A DNA stretch of 32,000 nucleotides from an archaeon (lineage in GTDB: Archaea > Iainarchaeota > Iainarchaeia > Iainarchaeales > JANQMZ01). This document shows positions 1 to 9,808 of the stretch, piece by piece. The stretch spans positions 720,001-752,000 of the forward strand of contig JANQMZ010000007.1 in NCBI GenBank assembly GCA_028279805.1, given 5' to 3'. How positions within the stretch are numbered: the stretch's first letter is position 1; each line of letters opens with the position of its first letter. The notes under the pieces were generated by a model. The model had not been told where the DNA came from. It worked only from the letters and a program-made list of their open reading frames with translations, and searched no databases. Both the position numbers and the translations under genes were made by a program.

Positions 1-2
1 TT

Positions 3-140
3 GCAATTCCGATGTCATTTAACACTTTTGATTTTATTGAAGCTTCTCCTGACGAATTTAAAGAGCGTATTGATAAAAGCATTCTGAAAACAAAACCTAT
101 TGTTTTAAAGCCGGGTGAAAACTTTTCTTACAAGCCTTGA
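3..140 (+). CDS. 3' end of an unidentified gene truncated by the window edge
   Basis: Frame 3 is open from the window start to TGA at 138-140 (...FDFIEASPDEFKERIDKSILKTKPIVLKPGENFSYKP*). It is absent from the ORF track because no start codon lies in the window. It overlaps the convergent neighbour by 13 nt. No family recognised. Confidence 0.3.
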   Translation, partial: AIPMSFNTFDFIEASPDEFKERIDKSILKTKPIVLKPGENFSYKP

Positions 141-814
141 ACGTTTTCCAAATCTTTTTCTGTACTGAAGTGAACAAATTTTTTATCAGATTCAACAAAG
201 GAAGCTTTGCCTTTTTCCGCTAACCTGTTTACCGCGTCCGGCAGTTCAAATTCTCTTCTTTTGCTTAATGTTATTTTTTCAAGTTCTGAAAAAAGTCCTG
301 ATGAAAACTTGTAAACTCCGGCATTAATCAGATTGCTTTCCGGTTTTTCAGGTTTTTCTTCAATTCCCAAAAGCTTTTCCCCGTCTGTTTTTAAAACCCC
401 AAAATTTTCAGGTTTTTGTGCTTTTTTGGCCAAAACAACGCATTCAAATCCTTTTTTTTGAATGACTTTTTGCATATCCTCGGCATCCGTTAAAACATCC
501 ACATTTAACACAATAAAATCTTTTTCTCCCACATTTTTTTTCACTCTTATAACTGCATGCCCTGTTCCCCACAACTGTGTCTGGTCCACAAATTCCAAAG
601 GAATGCCTCTGAATTTTTCTGAAAACTTTTTTTTAACCATATCCGCTTTATATTCAACGACTATAATTATTTTTTCAGGCTTTAATTCTGAAACAGTTTC
701 AAGATTTCTTTTAAGCAAACTTTTTCCCTTAACTTTAACCAGTGCTTTCGGAATTTTATCCGTTAAAGGTTTCATTCTATTCCCTTTCCCTGCTGCAAGT
801 ATTACAAAAATCAT
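128..814 (-). CDS. Sugar-phosphate nucleotidyltransferase (NTP_transferase family)
   Basis: The N-terminal motif ILAAGKGNRMKPLTDKIPKALVKV matches the G-x-G-x-R-(L/M) signature of sugar-1-phosphate nucleotidylyltransferases. Downstream WGTGHA and EKPE blocks fit the same fold. The start overlaps the RNase Z stop (ATGA at 811-814). Confidence 0.8.
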   Translation of the reverse strand: MIFVILAAGKGNRMKPLTDKIPKALVKVKGKSLLKRNLETVSELKPEKIIIVVEYKADMVKKKFSEKFRGIPLEFVDQTQLWGTGHAVIRVKKNVGEKDFIVLNVDVLTDAEDMQKVIQKKGFECVVLAKKAQKPENFGVLKTDGEKLLGIEEKPEKPESNLINAGVYKFSSGLFSELEKITLSKRREFELPDAVNRLAEKGKASFVESDKKFVHFSTEKDLENVQGL

Positions 815-1743
815 TTTATTTTTCCCGGTGGATTTTTTTCAATTTTTATTTTCATTAAATCTTTTGCTATAACCGCTTTTTTAAATTTTTTTAACGCTTC
901 CTTTTCAATGTTTTTATCATTTTTATATCTTGGAGAAATATGGGTTAAAAACAATTTTTTTGGTTTCACTTTTTTTGCAATTGCTGCAGCCTGTAAAACA
1001 GTTGAATGTTTTGCTTCTTTTGCTTTTTGTTTTTCTGTTTCCAAAAAAGTTGCTTCATGAATCAGAACATCACAGTTTTTTAAATTTTTTAAATAATTTC
1101 CGGGAGCTGTATCCAAAGCAATGCAAACTTTCCTCCCTTTTCTTCCTTTTGAATAATTCATAACCTGTTCAGGTGTAAAAGTTTTGCCTTTAACTTTTAC
1201 TTTTTTTCCTGACTGCAGTTTTGCATACAATGGCCCGACAGGAATTCCCAGCTTTTCTGCTTTTTTTCTTTCAAATGTTGCCGTTTTGTCTTTTTCTTTA
1301 AAACAAAAACCAAAACATTTCACTGTATGATTTAATTCAAATGCTTCTATGAAAAAATTTTTTTCTTCAAAAATTTTTCCTTTTTTTATTTCTTTTACTT
1401 TTATTTCAAAACCAATGTCTAAAGTTTTTTTAACCATTTTTCGTGCATCTGAAACAATTTGTTCAATTCCTTTAGGCCCAAAAATTTGCAGGGGCATTTT
1501 TCTTTCATTTAAGCTCATTGTTGCAAATAATCCGGGCAATCCCAGAAAATGGTCCGGATGGAAATGGCTTATAAAAATGGCATTTAACTGCATTAATTTA
1601 AAATTTGCTTTCATTAACTGCCTTTGAGTTCCCTCTGAACAGTCAAATAAAGCCCTGAATCCTTCAAATTTTAAAGCTATTGCGTTAACATTCCTGTTTT
1701 TTGTAGGCATTGAACCGGATGTTCCTAGAAAAACTATTTTCAT
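811..1743 (-). CDS. rnz: Ribonuclease Z (tRNA 3' endonuclease, metallo-beta-lactamase fold)
   Basis: Has the start MKIVFLGTSGSMPT, the HFHPDH metal-binding motif, and a length (~310 aa) and C-terminal THISPRY block typical of RNase Z. Confidence 0.9.
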   Translation of the reverse strand: MKIVFLGTSGSMPTKNRNVNAIALKFEGFRALFDCSEGTQRQLMKANFKLMQLNAIFISHFHPDHFLGLPGLFATMSLNERKMPLQIFGPKGIEQIVSDARKMVKKTLDIGFEIKVKEIKKGKIFEEKNFFIEAFELNHTVKCFGFCFKEKDKTATFERKKAEKLGIPVGPLYAKLQSGKKVKVKGKTFTPEQVMNYSKGRKGRKVCIALDTAPGNYLKNLKNCDVLIHEATFLETEKQKAKEAKHSTVLQAAAIAKKVKPKKLFLTHISPRYKNDKNIEKEALKKFKKAVIAKDLMKIKIEKNPPGKIK

Positions 1744-1839
1744 TTTTTTTCACTCAAAAATGCTGCTTAAAAGTTCTTTTAATGCTTTTTTTTGGTTAAA
1801 GCATTGTTTTTTAATCATTTTACCCTGTTTTTTCTTTTA

Positions 1840-3759
1840 ATGCCTTCATCCAAATATTCCAAAATTAAAACAACTGCAGACATAAACGTTTCAGAAAAAA
1901 TAATTAACCAGGTTATCGGACAGGAAAAAGCTGTTGAAATTATAAGAAAAGCATCTGCTCAGAAAAGAAACGTTTTGCTTATTGGTTTGCCGGGAATAGG
2001 CAAAAGCATGCTTGCACAGGCAATGGCTCAAATTTTGCCTTTGGAACAATTGCAGGACATTTTAATTTATCCCAATGCCAATGATGAAAACAATCCCAAA
2101 GTAAGGATTGTGCCGGCTTCACAGGGAAAACAAATTGTAAACCAGTCAAGAATTGAATCAATGAAAGAAAATCAAAACATGAGACTGATTACAATGTTTT
2201 TGCCGTTAGTCTGGTTTGTTATTTCTTTTCTGGTCTGGACTCTCGGATGGGTTCCGGATGTTGTTTACGCTGCATTACTGATTTTGGGCGGAATTATTTT
2301 ATTCGGCTTAATGGTCGGAGCACAGGTTCGTTCACGGGAAAAAACTTTAACACCAAAACTTTTGGTTGACAATATTGGAAAAAAGATAGCACCTTTTATT
2401 GAAGCAACAGGTGCAAGAGCCGGAGCATTATTGGGGGATGTCAGGCACGACCCCCTGCAGTCAGGCGGTCTGGGAACGCCTGCACATTTGCGTGTTGAAC
2501 CCGGCATGATTCACAGGGTTAATCGCGGAGTATTATTTTTGGATGAAATTGCTTCTTTGTCTCCCAAAGCACAGCAGGAATTATTAACAGCAATGCAGGA
2601 AAAAAAATATGCAATTACCGGGCAGAGTGAAATGAGTTCCGGTTCAATGGTGCGCACTGATCCCGTGCCATGTGATTTTATTCTGGTTGCAGCCGGAAAT
2701 TATGGTGATTTGAAAAAAGTTCACCCGGCTTTGCGTTCAAGAATTCGGGGTTACGGTTACGAAGTTTACATGAATCTGGACATGCCTGACACTCCTGAAA
2801 ACAGGGACAAGCTTGTTCAGTTTGTTGCACAGGAAGTCAGCAAGGATAACAAAATTTCTCATTTTACAATGGATGCTGTTGAAGAAATTATTTTTGAAGC
2901 AAAAAAACGTTCGATGAAAAAAAATTCTCTGACATTAAAATTAAGGGACTTGGGTGGCTTAATCCGTGCCTCGGGAGATATTGCCAAAAAAAAGGGAAAC
3001 AAGTTTGTTGAAAAACAGGATGTAATTGAGGCAAAAATGACTGCTTTAACATTGGAACAGCAGATGATGGAAAAAATAATTGAAAACAAAAAAGAATATG
3101 AGGTTTATTTAACAAAAGGAGAAATCATTGGCAGGGTTAACGGTTTGGCTGTTTCAAGTGACGGGTCAGCGGGAATGATTCTGCCTATTGAATCAGAGGT
3201 TGCTCCGGCCGCTTCACGTTCAGAGGGAAAAATTATTGCAACAGGCAAACTTGGAAAAATTGCAAAAGAAGCTGTTCAAAACGTGTCAGCAATTGTTAAA
3301 AAAATTTCAGGAAAAGACATAAGCAATCATGATCTGCATATTCAGTTTTTGCAGGCATATGAGGGCGTTGAAGGGGATTCTGCTTCTGTTTCAGTGGCTG
3401 CGTCAGTTATTTCTGCACTGGAAGGCATTCCCATAAAACAGGATTTGGCAATGACAGGCTCTTTATCTGTCCGCGGAGAAGTTTTGCCTGTCGGAGGCGT
3501 AACTGCAAAAATTAAAGCGGCAATTCAGGCAAAAATCAAGGAAGTTATTATTCCGAAAGCAAACAAGGCTGATGTTGTTTTGTCAAAAGAAGATTTTAAA
3601 AAAATTAAGATAATTCCTGTTTCAACTTTGGAAGAATTGATTAACCATTCTTTTATTAAAAGCAGGAAAAAAACAAAACTGTTAAGTTCTTTGAAAAAAA
3701 TAGTTTCAATAGATTTTAACAATGTTTTAAAAAAAGCAAAAAAAATTATAAGAACTTAA
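1840..3759 (+). CDS. lonB: Archaeal membrane-bound Lon protease (LonB)
   Basis: Has Walker A GLPGIGKS and two hydrophobic helices inserted in the AAA+ module ([34 protein letters not shown]). Walker B is LFLDEI. The protease Ser is in GDSASVS and the Lys in [11 protein letters not shown] chose the ATG at 1840 (MPSSKYSK...) over the track's TTG at 1792, which adds only a hydrophobic junk extension. Confidence 0.92.
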   Translation: MPSSKYSKIKTTADINVSEKIINQVIGQEKAVEIIRKASAQKRNVLLIGLPGIGKSMLAQAMAQILPLEQLQDILIYPNANDENNPKVRIVPASQGKQIVNQSRIESMKENQNMRLITMFLPLVWFVISFLVWTLGWVPDVVYAALLILGGIILFGLMVGAQVRSREKTLTPKLLVDNIGKKIAPFIEATGARAGALLGDVRHDPLQSGGLGTPAHLRVEPGMIHRVNRGVLFLDEIASLSPKAQQELLTAMQEKKYAITGQSEMSSGSMVRTDPVPCDFILVAAGNYGDLKKVHPALRSRIRGYGYEVYMNLDMPDTPENRDKLVQFVAQEVSKDNKISHFTMDAVEEIIFEAKKRSMKKNSLTLKLRDLGGLIRASGDIAKKKGNKFVEKQDVIEAKMTALTLEQQMMEKIIENKKEYEVYLTKGEIIGRVNGLAVSSDGSAGMILPIESEVAPAASRSEGKIIATGKLGKIAKEAVQNVSAIVKKISGKDISNHDLHIQFLQAYEGVEGDSASVSVAASVISALEGIPIKQDLAMTGSLSVRGEVLPVGGVTAKIKAAIQAKIKEVIIPKANKADVVLSKEDFKKIKIIPVSTLEELINHSFIKSRKKTKLLSSLKKIVSIDFNNVLKKAKKIIRT

Positions 3760-4991
3760 TTTCCTGAAACCAGGATAATTCTTCCTTCCCTTAATTCAAA
3801 TTTGTCTTTTGTAATTTCTTTTCTTTTTTGCCCTGTTTTTGTTAACAGAATTGTTTTTTTGTTTTTGTTAACAGATTTGACTTTTCCTACCAATGCCCCT
3901 TCATTGTTGTAAACCGGCAACCCTACAAGCAAATCTGTTATAAAGTTTCTGACATCAATGCTGTCCGCTATTCTGAATGCTATTAATAACACGATAAATG
4001 ACAGTAAAATGGAGAAAAGGAAAAAATTTAAGTCAGCCTGCCTTAAGAAAACCAGAGTACCGGAATCTAAAATAAACCATATTAAAATTGTTGAAACAGC
4101 GTACAAAAAATATCTTCTCAGTTCAGGTGCTTTTTTCAAATGAATTGCATCTACTCCTCGCCCGATTAATCCGAACAATATTGCCAAAACCGTAAACAAG
4201 TATGTTCCCTGTATTGCGGTTACAGTGCTTAAAGCAATATCAGGTCCGAAAGTAAAACTTCCATAACCTGTTATTAATCCGAAAATGAATATGAATAATC
4301 CTCCAATATAAAAAGGAAAAGATGTTCTTTGAACTGAAATTGAACTTGTTATTCTGTGTGTTGTTAAAATAATTCTGTTTTCAAATCCGAATCCTTTCAA
4401 TAACAAATAAATTCCCAAAATTAATGAGACGCCTTGAAAAAATTGTTGTTCTGCTCCCAATGCAAACATTATTGTATAAACCAGTAAAATCAAACCGGGA
4501 ATTCCAAAAACAATTCTTGACAAAAAAGGATCCCTTAAAGCTTCCCTTAAAGTATAGTAAAGACTTTCAACAGGTTTTGATTGTTTTACTATTACCAGTT
4601 CTTTTGATAAAATTTTTCCCCTGCCTGTCAGCAAAGGCAAAATCTGTTCATCTTCCGCTCCGTCTGACACAAGCACAAATGAATCAATTTCATGTTTTTT
4701 TTCAAGCCAATCCAGTTGTTCTGTTAATTTTAAATCAGACTGAAAAGAACTTTTTCCATGCCCTGTTAATGTTACAATTTCAACATTTGAATTTGTTTTT
4801 TTAATTTCATCAAATTTTTTAATTGAAGCAAAAATGCTGTTGGCATCTGATTCGGTTGGATCAGCTAAAGCCAGTTTTGTTGCAGCTTTTAAATTATCAG
4901 CACGCCCTACAACCGGTCCTTTAATTCCCGCTTTTTTACCCAAATCGTTGTCCCTGTCAACGCATAAAACAATAATGTTCTTTTTAACCAT
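3756..4991 (-). CDS. DUF373-family integral membrane protein with a PRC-barrel-like C-terminal tail
   Basis: The N-terminal soluble domain [14 protein letters not shown]...ADPTESDAN resembles archaeal DUF373. About 7 hydrophobic helices follow. The last ~59 aa ([20 protein letters not shown]...GRIILVSGN) look like a small PRC/beta-barrel. Confidence 0.6.
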   Translation of the reverse strand: MVKKNIIVLCVDRDNDLGKKAGIKGPVVGRADNLKAATKLALADPTESDANSIFASIKKFDEIKKTNSNVEIVTLTGHGKSSFQSDLKLTEQLDWLEKKHEIDSFVLVSDGAEDEQILPLLTGRGKILSKELVIVKQSKPVESLYYTLREALRDPFLSRIVFGIPGLILLVYTIMFALGAEQQFFQGVSLILGIYLLLKGFGFENRIILTTHRITSSISVQRTSFPFYIGGLFIFIFGLITGYGSFTFGPDIALSTVTAIQGTYLFTVLAILFGLIGRGVDAIHLKKAPELRRYFLYAVSTILIWFILDSGTLVFLRQADLNFFLFSILLSFIVLLIAFRIADSIDVRNFITDLLVGLPVYNNEGALVGKVKSVNKNKKTILLTKTGQKRKEITKDKFELREGRIILVSGN

Positions 4992-5084
4992 TTTAAACCA
5001 ACAAAAGCATTAATAATCATTAAACTATAATTAATTAATAAAGGTTGCAAAACTAATATATATTGTTTTTTGAAGGGGTTTAAA

Positions 5085-6161
5085 ATGAGAGAAACAGCCA
5101 AAAAATACGGCGTTTTTGCGTTTGTAATAATTGTTTTAATAGTTCTGGCACTGTTAACAGTTTCACTTTTGGGAAACCTATCTCCGGCTGTGGCAGCAGC
5201 TTCACAACCATCTTCTTTCGGAATTTTTTCAGCAAGCAATTTAATCTGGTTGGCAATTCTGGCTGTTTTTTTACTGGCAATATGGCGCTTTGAATTTATT
5301 GTTTTCTTAAAAGATTTTGAAAGAGCGGTAATTTTCAGGTTTGGAAAAATTAATCGCGTTGGAGGGCCAGGCTGGGCAATAATTATTCCCGGTGCAGAAT
5401 CTTACAGGCGGGTTGATTTAAGAGCAAAAACTTATGACTTGGAAAGACAGGATGTTATTACAAAAGATTCAATTGAATTAAGAATTGACAGTGTTATTTA
5501 TTTGAAAGTTAAAGATGACCCTGAATCTGTTATCAATTCCGTTGTAAAAATTGTGGACTATGTTAAAGCTTCAACATTGTTTGTAACATCCGCAATAAGA
5601 GACAAAGTTGGCTCGCTGGAATTATCTGAGGTTATTTCAAATGTTGAAAAACTAAATATTTCTTTGAAAAAAGAACTGGAAAGAATGACTGACAAATGGG
5701 GAATTGCAGTTCAGGCTGTTGAAATTAAAGACATTCAGATTCCGAGAACAATTTTGGATGCAATGCATGCTGAAAAAGCTGCTGTGCGGGAAAAACTTGC
5801 AAGAATGGAAAAAGCAAAAGCAAAAGAAGCAGAAATTGAAGCTGTGCAAAGAGCTTCAGCAAACTTAACAGACAAAACTCTGGGTTATTATTACATCAAA
5901 GCACTGGAAGAAATGTCAAAAGGCAAATCAACCAAATTAGTTTTTCCTTTGGAGTTCAGCAGGTTAGCCAAATCTTTGGGCGGGGTCGCAGACGAACCAA
6001 AAGTTGAACAAACTTTGGACAAATACAAAGGGCTTCTGGAAGACTATGTTTCAAAAGCTGTTAAAAAAGCAAAAAAAGAAGAAAAAGCGGAAACAATTGA
6101 AATAGAAGAAAATGCAGAAAAACCGCCGACAGAAACAACTGAATCAGACAATTCTGAATAA
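5085..6161 (+). CDS. SPFH/band-7 (stomatin/prohibitin-like) membrane protein
   Basis: Has an N-terminal hydrophobic anchor, then ERAVIFRFGK...GPGWAIIIPG...DLRAKTYDLERQDVITKDS...VEIKDIQIP, typical of the SPFH domain, and an A/E/K-rich coiled-coil tail. The ATG at 5085 is preferred over TTG 5070. Confidence 0.85.
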   Translation: MRETAKKYGVFAFVIIVLIVLALLTVSLLGNLSPAVAAASQPSSFGIFSASNLIWLAILAVFLLAIWRFEFIVFLKDFERAVIFRFGKINRVGGPGWAIIIPGAESYRRVDLRAKTYDLERQDVITKDSIELRIDSVIYLKVKDDPESVINSVVKIVDYVKASTLFVTSAIRDKVGSLELSEVISNVEKLNISLKKELERMTDKWGIAVQAVEIKDIQIPRTILDAMHAEKAAVREKLARMEKAKAKEAEIEAVQRASANLTDKTLGYYYIKALEEMSKGKSTKLVFPLEFSRLAKSLGGVADEPKVEQTLDKYKGLLEDYVSKAVKKAKKEEKAETIEIEENAEKPPTETTESDNSE

Positions 6162-6165
6162 AAAA

Positions 6166-7143
6166 CTAATTTTTGTAATGTTTTGTTCCGTGACCTACAA
6201 CAAGAACTATTAATGCTATTATGTAAATGGTTGCAATTGTTAAAGCAAACAATTCATCGCCTGTTATCAAATAAGCTTCAATTATTGCCCCCACAACCAG
6301 TGAAACAATTGCCAATACAAACAATATGAAAGCGTCTATTGCAACAATTTTAAACTCATTTTTTGACCTGTTTCTTTTAACTATTGCTACAGATAAAATT
6401 CCGCCGCCGATTGCTGCAAAAAAATAACCCAGTAATTCGGGAATGCCGTGAGGCAGCAATCCCAAAAAACCAAAATGGTTTTCCGCTAAAATGTTTTGCC
6501 CTAAAAGTGTTCCAAGCACGGACGCATTCCAGCTTATTAAAAATAATGCTCCCGCACCGTACAAGAATGAAAATAAAGCTGCCAGAATTAAAACGTTCAA
6601 ATTGTTAACAAGAATAAAATGTAAAATAAAAGAAAAACCGCTTAAACAAATATCTGCAATAATGCTTGCACATTCATGTGCAATTTCAGGCAAAGTTGCC
6701 TGCCCCGTTATCCTGTTTTTTAAATTTTTAATTCCTTCCAGTGTTTTGGTTTGCTCTGAAAAAACTTCACTTTTTGTAGGCAGATGAAAACAATTGGAAC
6801 CAAAACAAGTGTCAGTGTGTTTTTCAGGCAGAACAGTAAACCATAAGCCATAACTTAAAATTATTCCGATAAAAATCCATGAATAAATTTTAATTAAGCC
6901 CATGTGCCTTTCCATAAAAGTTTTGCCAATTTTTGTTTCCTGTGCTTCAAGCCTTGTGTAAAAGGCATGAATTAAAGGCGTTAATCCTATTGTGATAAAG
7001 GCAACGCTTAACACGCTTGTGTGTTCCATGAAAATTAAATGGGATGTGAACATTGCCGCTCCGCTTAACAAAAAACCAACCAGCAATAATTTGAATGGCT
7101 CTCTCGCAATATCCTCAGAGTTAAACAAAGACTCTAAAACCAT
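6166..7143 (-). CDS. SpoIIM/DUF95-like polytopic membrane protein
   Basis: The C-terminal half (VNNLNVLILAALFSFLYGAGALFLISWNASVLG...LLPHGIPELLGYFFAAIGGG) matches the SpoIIM/DUF95 pattern. One loop contains H-x3-C-x4-C-x-H (HTDTCFGSNCFH). Confidence 0.55.
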   Translation of the reverse strand: MVLESLFNSEDIAREPFKLLLVGFLLSGAAMFTSHLIFMEHTSVLSVAFITIGLTPLIHAFYTRLEAQETKIGKTFMERHMGLIKIYSWIFIGIILSYGLWFTVLPEKHTDTCFGSNCFHLPTKSEVFSEQTKTLEGIKNLKNRITGQATLPEIAHECASIIADICLSGFSFILHFILVNNLNVLILAALFSFLYGAGALFLISWNASVLGTLLGQNILAENHFGFLGLLPHGIPELLGYFFAAIGGGILSVAIVKRNRSKNEFKIVAIDAFILFVLAIVSLVVGAIIEAYLITGDELFALTIATIYIIALIVLVVGHGTKHYKN

Positions 7144-7208
7144 TTTTTCACCTTAAAACTCAAATATATTGCAAAACCCTCATTTTAATCTTTTCTTTTT
7201 AAAACAAA

Positions 7209-7282
7209 TTTTTCAACCAAATGGTTGATTTTTTTTCAACCAAAGGTATATTACTTTGCCAAACAGGAATCCTATTGGTTGG
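7209..7282. promoter_or_regulatory. CAACCA(A) motif array flanking a TATA-like box upstream of the surface-protein gene
   Basis: TTTTTCAACCAAA occurs twice as a direct repeat (7209-7221 and 7232-7244). The first copy is part of the palindrome CAACCAaaTGGTTG (7214-7227). TTGGTTGG (reverse complement CCAACCAA) lies at 7275-7282. The TATA-like TATATTA sits at 7247-7253, about 35 nt before the ATG at 7287. Confidence 0.4.
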
Positions 7283-7286
7283 TAAT

Positions 7287-9227
7287 ATGGTCAGGTCTTT
7301 AACCGGATTAATGGTATTTTTCTTCATTTTGTTATCTGCAAACATTTTTGCAGCAACCTTGGTTGGTGATAATTTATCAGTGAATCCGGTTCATAACGGT
7401 TCAATTACACGCTGGTCAGACAAAGGTTTGGCTGTCAGCGCATTAGATTCTGATAAAAGAGTTGTATTATTTGTATCAAAAAATAACGGAAAAACCTGGC
7501 AAAAAACAGACTTTGATTTAAGACAAAATGTTTTTACTGACAATTCAAACAATCCTCCGACTGTGGGCATTGACAATAAAAGAAAAAAAATTTTTGTTTT
7601 AATGCATCAAAGAAATTTTGGAAACGGGGAAACTTCAAGTGTTTATTATACTGAAGCCAGGTTAAAATCAAATTTGTTAAAAAAATCAAAATGGTCAAAA
7701 CCAATTGAAATAATCAGAGTGCATTCTCACAGAACCGGTTTTTTGCCCGGAGAATACGATGTTGATTCCAAAAATGTTTTGTACACTATTGCAGGAAAAG
7801 AACATGGTCCTACAAATATAGCTTTTTGTGATTTGGATAGAAACTGTAAAAAGAAAAAAAACTGGAAAGAAAAACTGCTTTTAGAAAACCTGCATAACGG
7901 AAATTTTGCATTCGGCTTGGATAACAAGGGAAACATTCATTTTTTATACAAAGTAAAAGAAAGTTCGGGTTTTAATATTTGGTATACAAATTTTAACACA
8001 AGCAAAAATTTTGAACAGGGAAACACGGTTAAATTTTCACAGGGAGGCTATCATTTGGATGACGCCCAGATAACTTTTGGCGCATCTGACCAAATAAGAA
8101 TAATGTATTCCAACAGTGCAGACCATGGTTCTGTTAACACTGTTTTTGCAGAATGTTCTTCAGGCTTAAACTGTGCTGATTCAATTTCAAACTGGGATGT
8201 TACAGAAAATGTTTTTGAAAATCATGGAAAAATTGTTAAACCAATTTTGAATGACATGCAAACCGATACAATTGGCAATGATTATATTGTTGTAGAACAT
8301 TGTGACGGAAGTAGTTGTAATCATAATAATACTTTTCCCGGTTTTGTTGTAAGGAATGCTTCAACAAACGAGTTTTCAGAATTTGTCAATGTTGACGATG
8401 ATTTGACAACTTACGGCACTCCCCGTACAACCACGATGAGAATGGATGAATTTGACTTTTTTGACATAATTTATTTTGATACAACAGGAGAATCTCCCGG
8501 CAGATTATATTATGCTGGAAAAAAAAGAGGCTCTGGAGACAATCCGCCTAGAGATGGTCCATATAGTTTTTTCTGCAAAAGCGATTTGCAATGTGCTCCT
8601 AATTTTAATTGTGTCAAAAAGCTAGGCGATTATCTAGAATTCCCTGTGGGAATTTGTGTTCAAGAAAGACTTTTTTCTTCAGCCTATGCAGGATTAGCTG
8701 TCGAGAAAAAGCCTTTCATCAGAGATTTAACAAAATATAGGCTTGTTGCATACTGGGATGAGAAACCGCATTTGTTTCCACCTCCAGCTGCTAAGCGATG
8801 CAAGGAACCTCTGTTGGAAACTACTGGATTTCCCCACACAAATGTAAAATTTTATAATCCTGAAACCAAGCATGCTGTTTTCAACATGCATATTACAAAA
8901 AAACTAACTTTCCCTGATAAAAAATGTATTATTGCTTATGAGTCAGTAAGCAAACAATGCGTTAAATATTGTGATAAAAAATACAGAACTCCTGGAGACA
9001 TTATAAGGAACTCTCCTTTTCCCTATCCTGAACCAATCCCTAACTCAGTTTTGAACGACTTGTTTGCCTCTGATGCTTTAGACTTAGCTAAAGGCGGTGG
9101 AGCATGGCCTTATCAAATCCCAACAATTTTAACTTTTCCTTTCCTTCCTTTATTCGTAGGAATTGCCGGAATAATTACTTACCATGGAGTAATAGTGTTC
9201 TGTAGTGTTGCTGGCTGTCTTGCATAA
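7287..9227 (+). CDS. Secreted, C-terminally membrane-anchored surface protein (Asp-box/BNR-like beta-propeller-like region plus Cys/Pro-rich stalk); function unknown
   Basis: Signal-peptide-like start MVRSLTGLMVFFFILLSANIFA. One clear Asp-box (SKNNGKTW). Repeated strand-like blocks (NIHFLY, FNIWYT, IRIMYS). Three short Cys loops (CDLDRNC, CSSGLNC, CDGSSC). The C-terminal ~235 aa are Cys/Pro-rich. A terminal hydrophobic helix (LPLFVGIAGIITYHGVIVFCSVAGCLA) ends the protein. ATG 7287 is preferred over the track start at 7221. Confidence 0.6.
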   Translation: MVRSLTGLMVFFFILLSANIFAATLVGDNLSVNPVHNGSITRWSDKGLAVSALDSDKRVVLFVSKNNGKTWQKTDFDLRQNVFTDNSNNPPTVGIDNKRKKIFVLMHQRNFGNGETSSVYYTEARLKSNLLKKSKWSKPIEIIRVHSHRTGFLPGEYDVDSKNVLYTIAGKEHGPTNIAFCDLDRNCKKKKNWKEKLLLENLHNGNFAFGLDNKGNIHFLYKVKESSGFNIWYTNFNTSKNFEQGNTVKFSQGGYHLDDAQITFGASDQIRIMYSNSADHGSVNTVFAECSSGLNCADSISNWDVTENVFENHGKIVKPILNDMQTDTIGNDYIVVEHCDGSSCNHNNTFPGFVVRNASTNEFSEFVNVDDDLTTYGTPRTTTMRMDEFDFFDIIYFDTTGESPGRLYYAGKKRGSGDNPPRDGPYSFFCKSDLQCAPNFNCVKKLGDYLEFPVGICVQERLFSSAYAGLAVEKKPFIRDLTKYRLVAYWDEKPHLFPPPAAKRCKEPLLETTGFPHTNVKFYNPETKHAVFNMHITKKLTFPDKKCIIAYESVSKQCVKYCDKKYRTPGDIIRNSPFPYPEPIPNSVLNDLFASDALDLAKGGGAWPYQIPTILTFPFLPLFVGIAGIITYHGVIVFCSVAGCLA

Positions 9228-9237
9228 GGTTAGGAAT

Positions 9238-9705
9238 ATGACTGATGTTTCATTTTCAGGTAAAACTGATAAAACTTTTAGGAAAGGCTTATCTGTTGTT
9301 TTGGAATTTTGCCTGTCAATTGGATTGGACGAAGCTAAAATTGTTTTTTTTGATGCGGAAATTTTGACCAAAAAAGTAATTGAAAAAAAAATTGTGGAAG
9401 GAAAAAGCGGCAAAGCACTTGCATACATTATCATAAAAGTGGACAAATCTGTAACAAAAGACTTGTCAAAAATGCCTGGTTATTATGGTTTTGACCGTAT
9501 TGAAATTTCTAAATCTTTTGAAAATGAAAAAAATGTTGTTCCAGATATGACTATTTTTGACAATTCTTTGAGTTTGAAAAGACTTGAAAAAAGCCAGTTT
9601 AACGCTTTGCTTGATTTTTTAAAGAAAAAAGGATTAAAGTTTGAACAGGATTCTAATGGTGAAGATAACATTCTTCCTGATACCAGCTTTTTCACCTTTT
9701 ATTAA
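9238..9705 (+). CDS. Hypothetical soluble protein, coupled to the upstream surface-protein gene
   Basis: The ATG at 9238 lies 10 nt after the upstream stop and is preceded by an AAGGT-type SD-like sequence. It has no TM segment or signal peptide. No family recognised. Confidence 0.5.
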   Translation: MTDVSFSGKTDKTFRKGLSVVLEFCLSIGLDEAKIVFFDAEILTKKVIEKKIVEGKSGKALAYIIIKVDKSVTKDLSKMPGYYGFDRIEISKSFENEKNVVPDMTIFDNSLSLKRLEKSQFNALLDFLKKKGLKFEQDSNGEDNILPDTSFFTFY

Positions 9706-9808
9706 GCTTTTAAGTGCTTTAAACAGCTCCATACCTTTAAATAGTTTCCGTTGGACTTTTTATTATAGTAAACATTTTAGCTTTTTTTTGGTGTTTTTTT
9801 TGGAAAAA

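Noticed and set aside
1792-1839. N-terminal extensions implied by the ORF track's most-upstream alternative starts (1792, 5070, 7221, 9205, 9641, 10651, 11476, 16049, 18292, 27301).
   Set aside because: The extensions are hydrophobic or low-complexity junk. They overlap promoters or neighbouring genes and precede an in-frame ATG that restores the canonical family N-terminus or a signal peptide.
8520-9227. The compositionally distinct 3' third of the surface-protein gene as a diversity-generating retroelement variable region or a recent recombination cassette.
   Set aside because: No reverse transcriptase gene and no template-repeat copy of this segment is visible anywhere in the window. The difference can be explained by Pro/Cys-rich amino-acid content. 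It is kept only as a note within the surface-protein finding.
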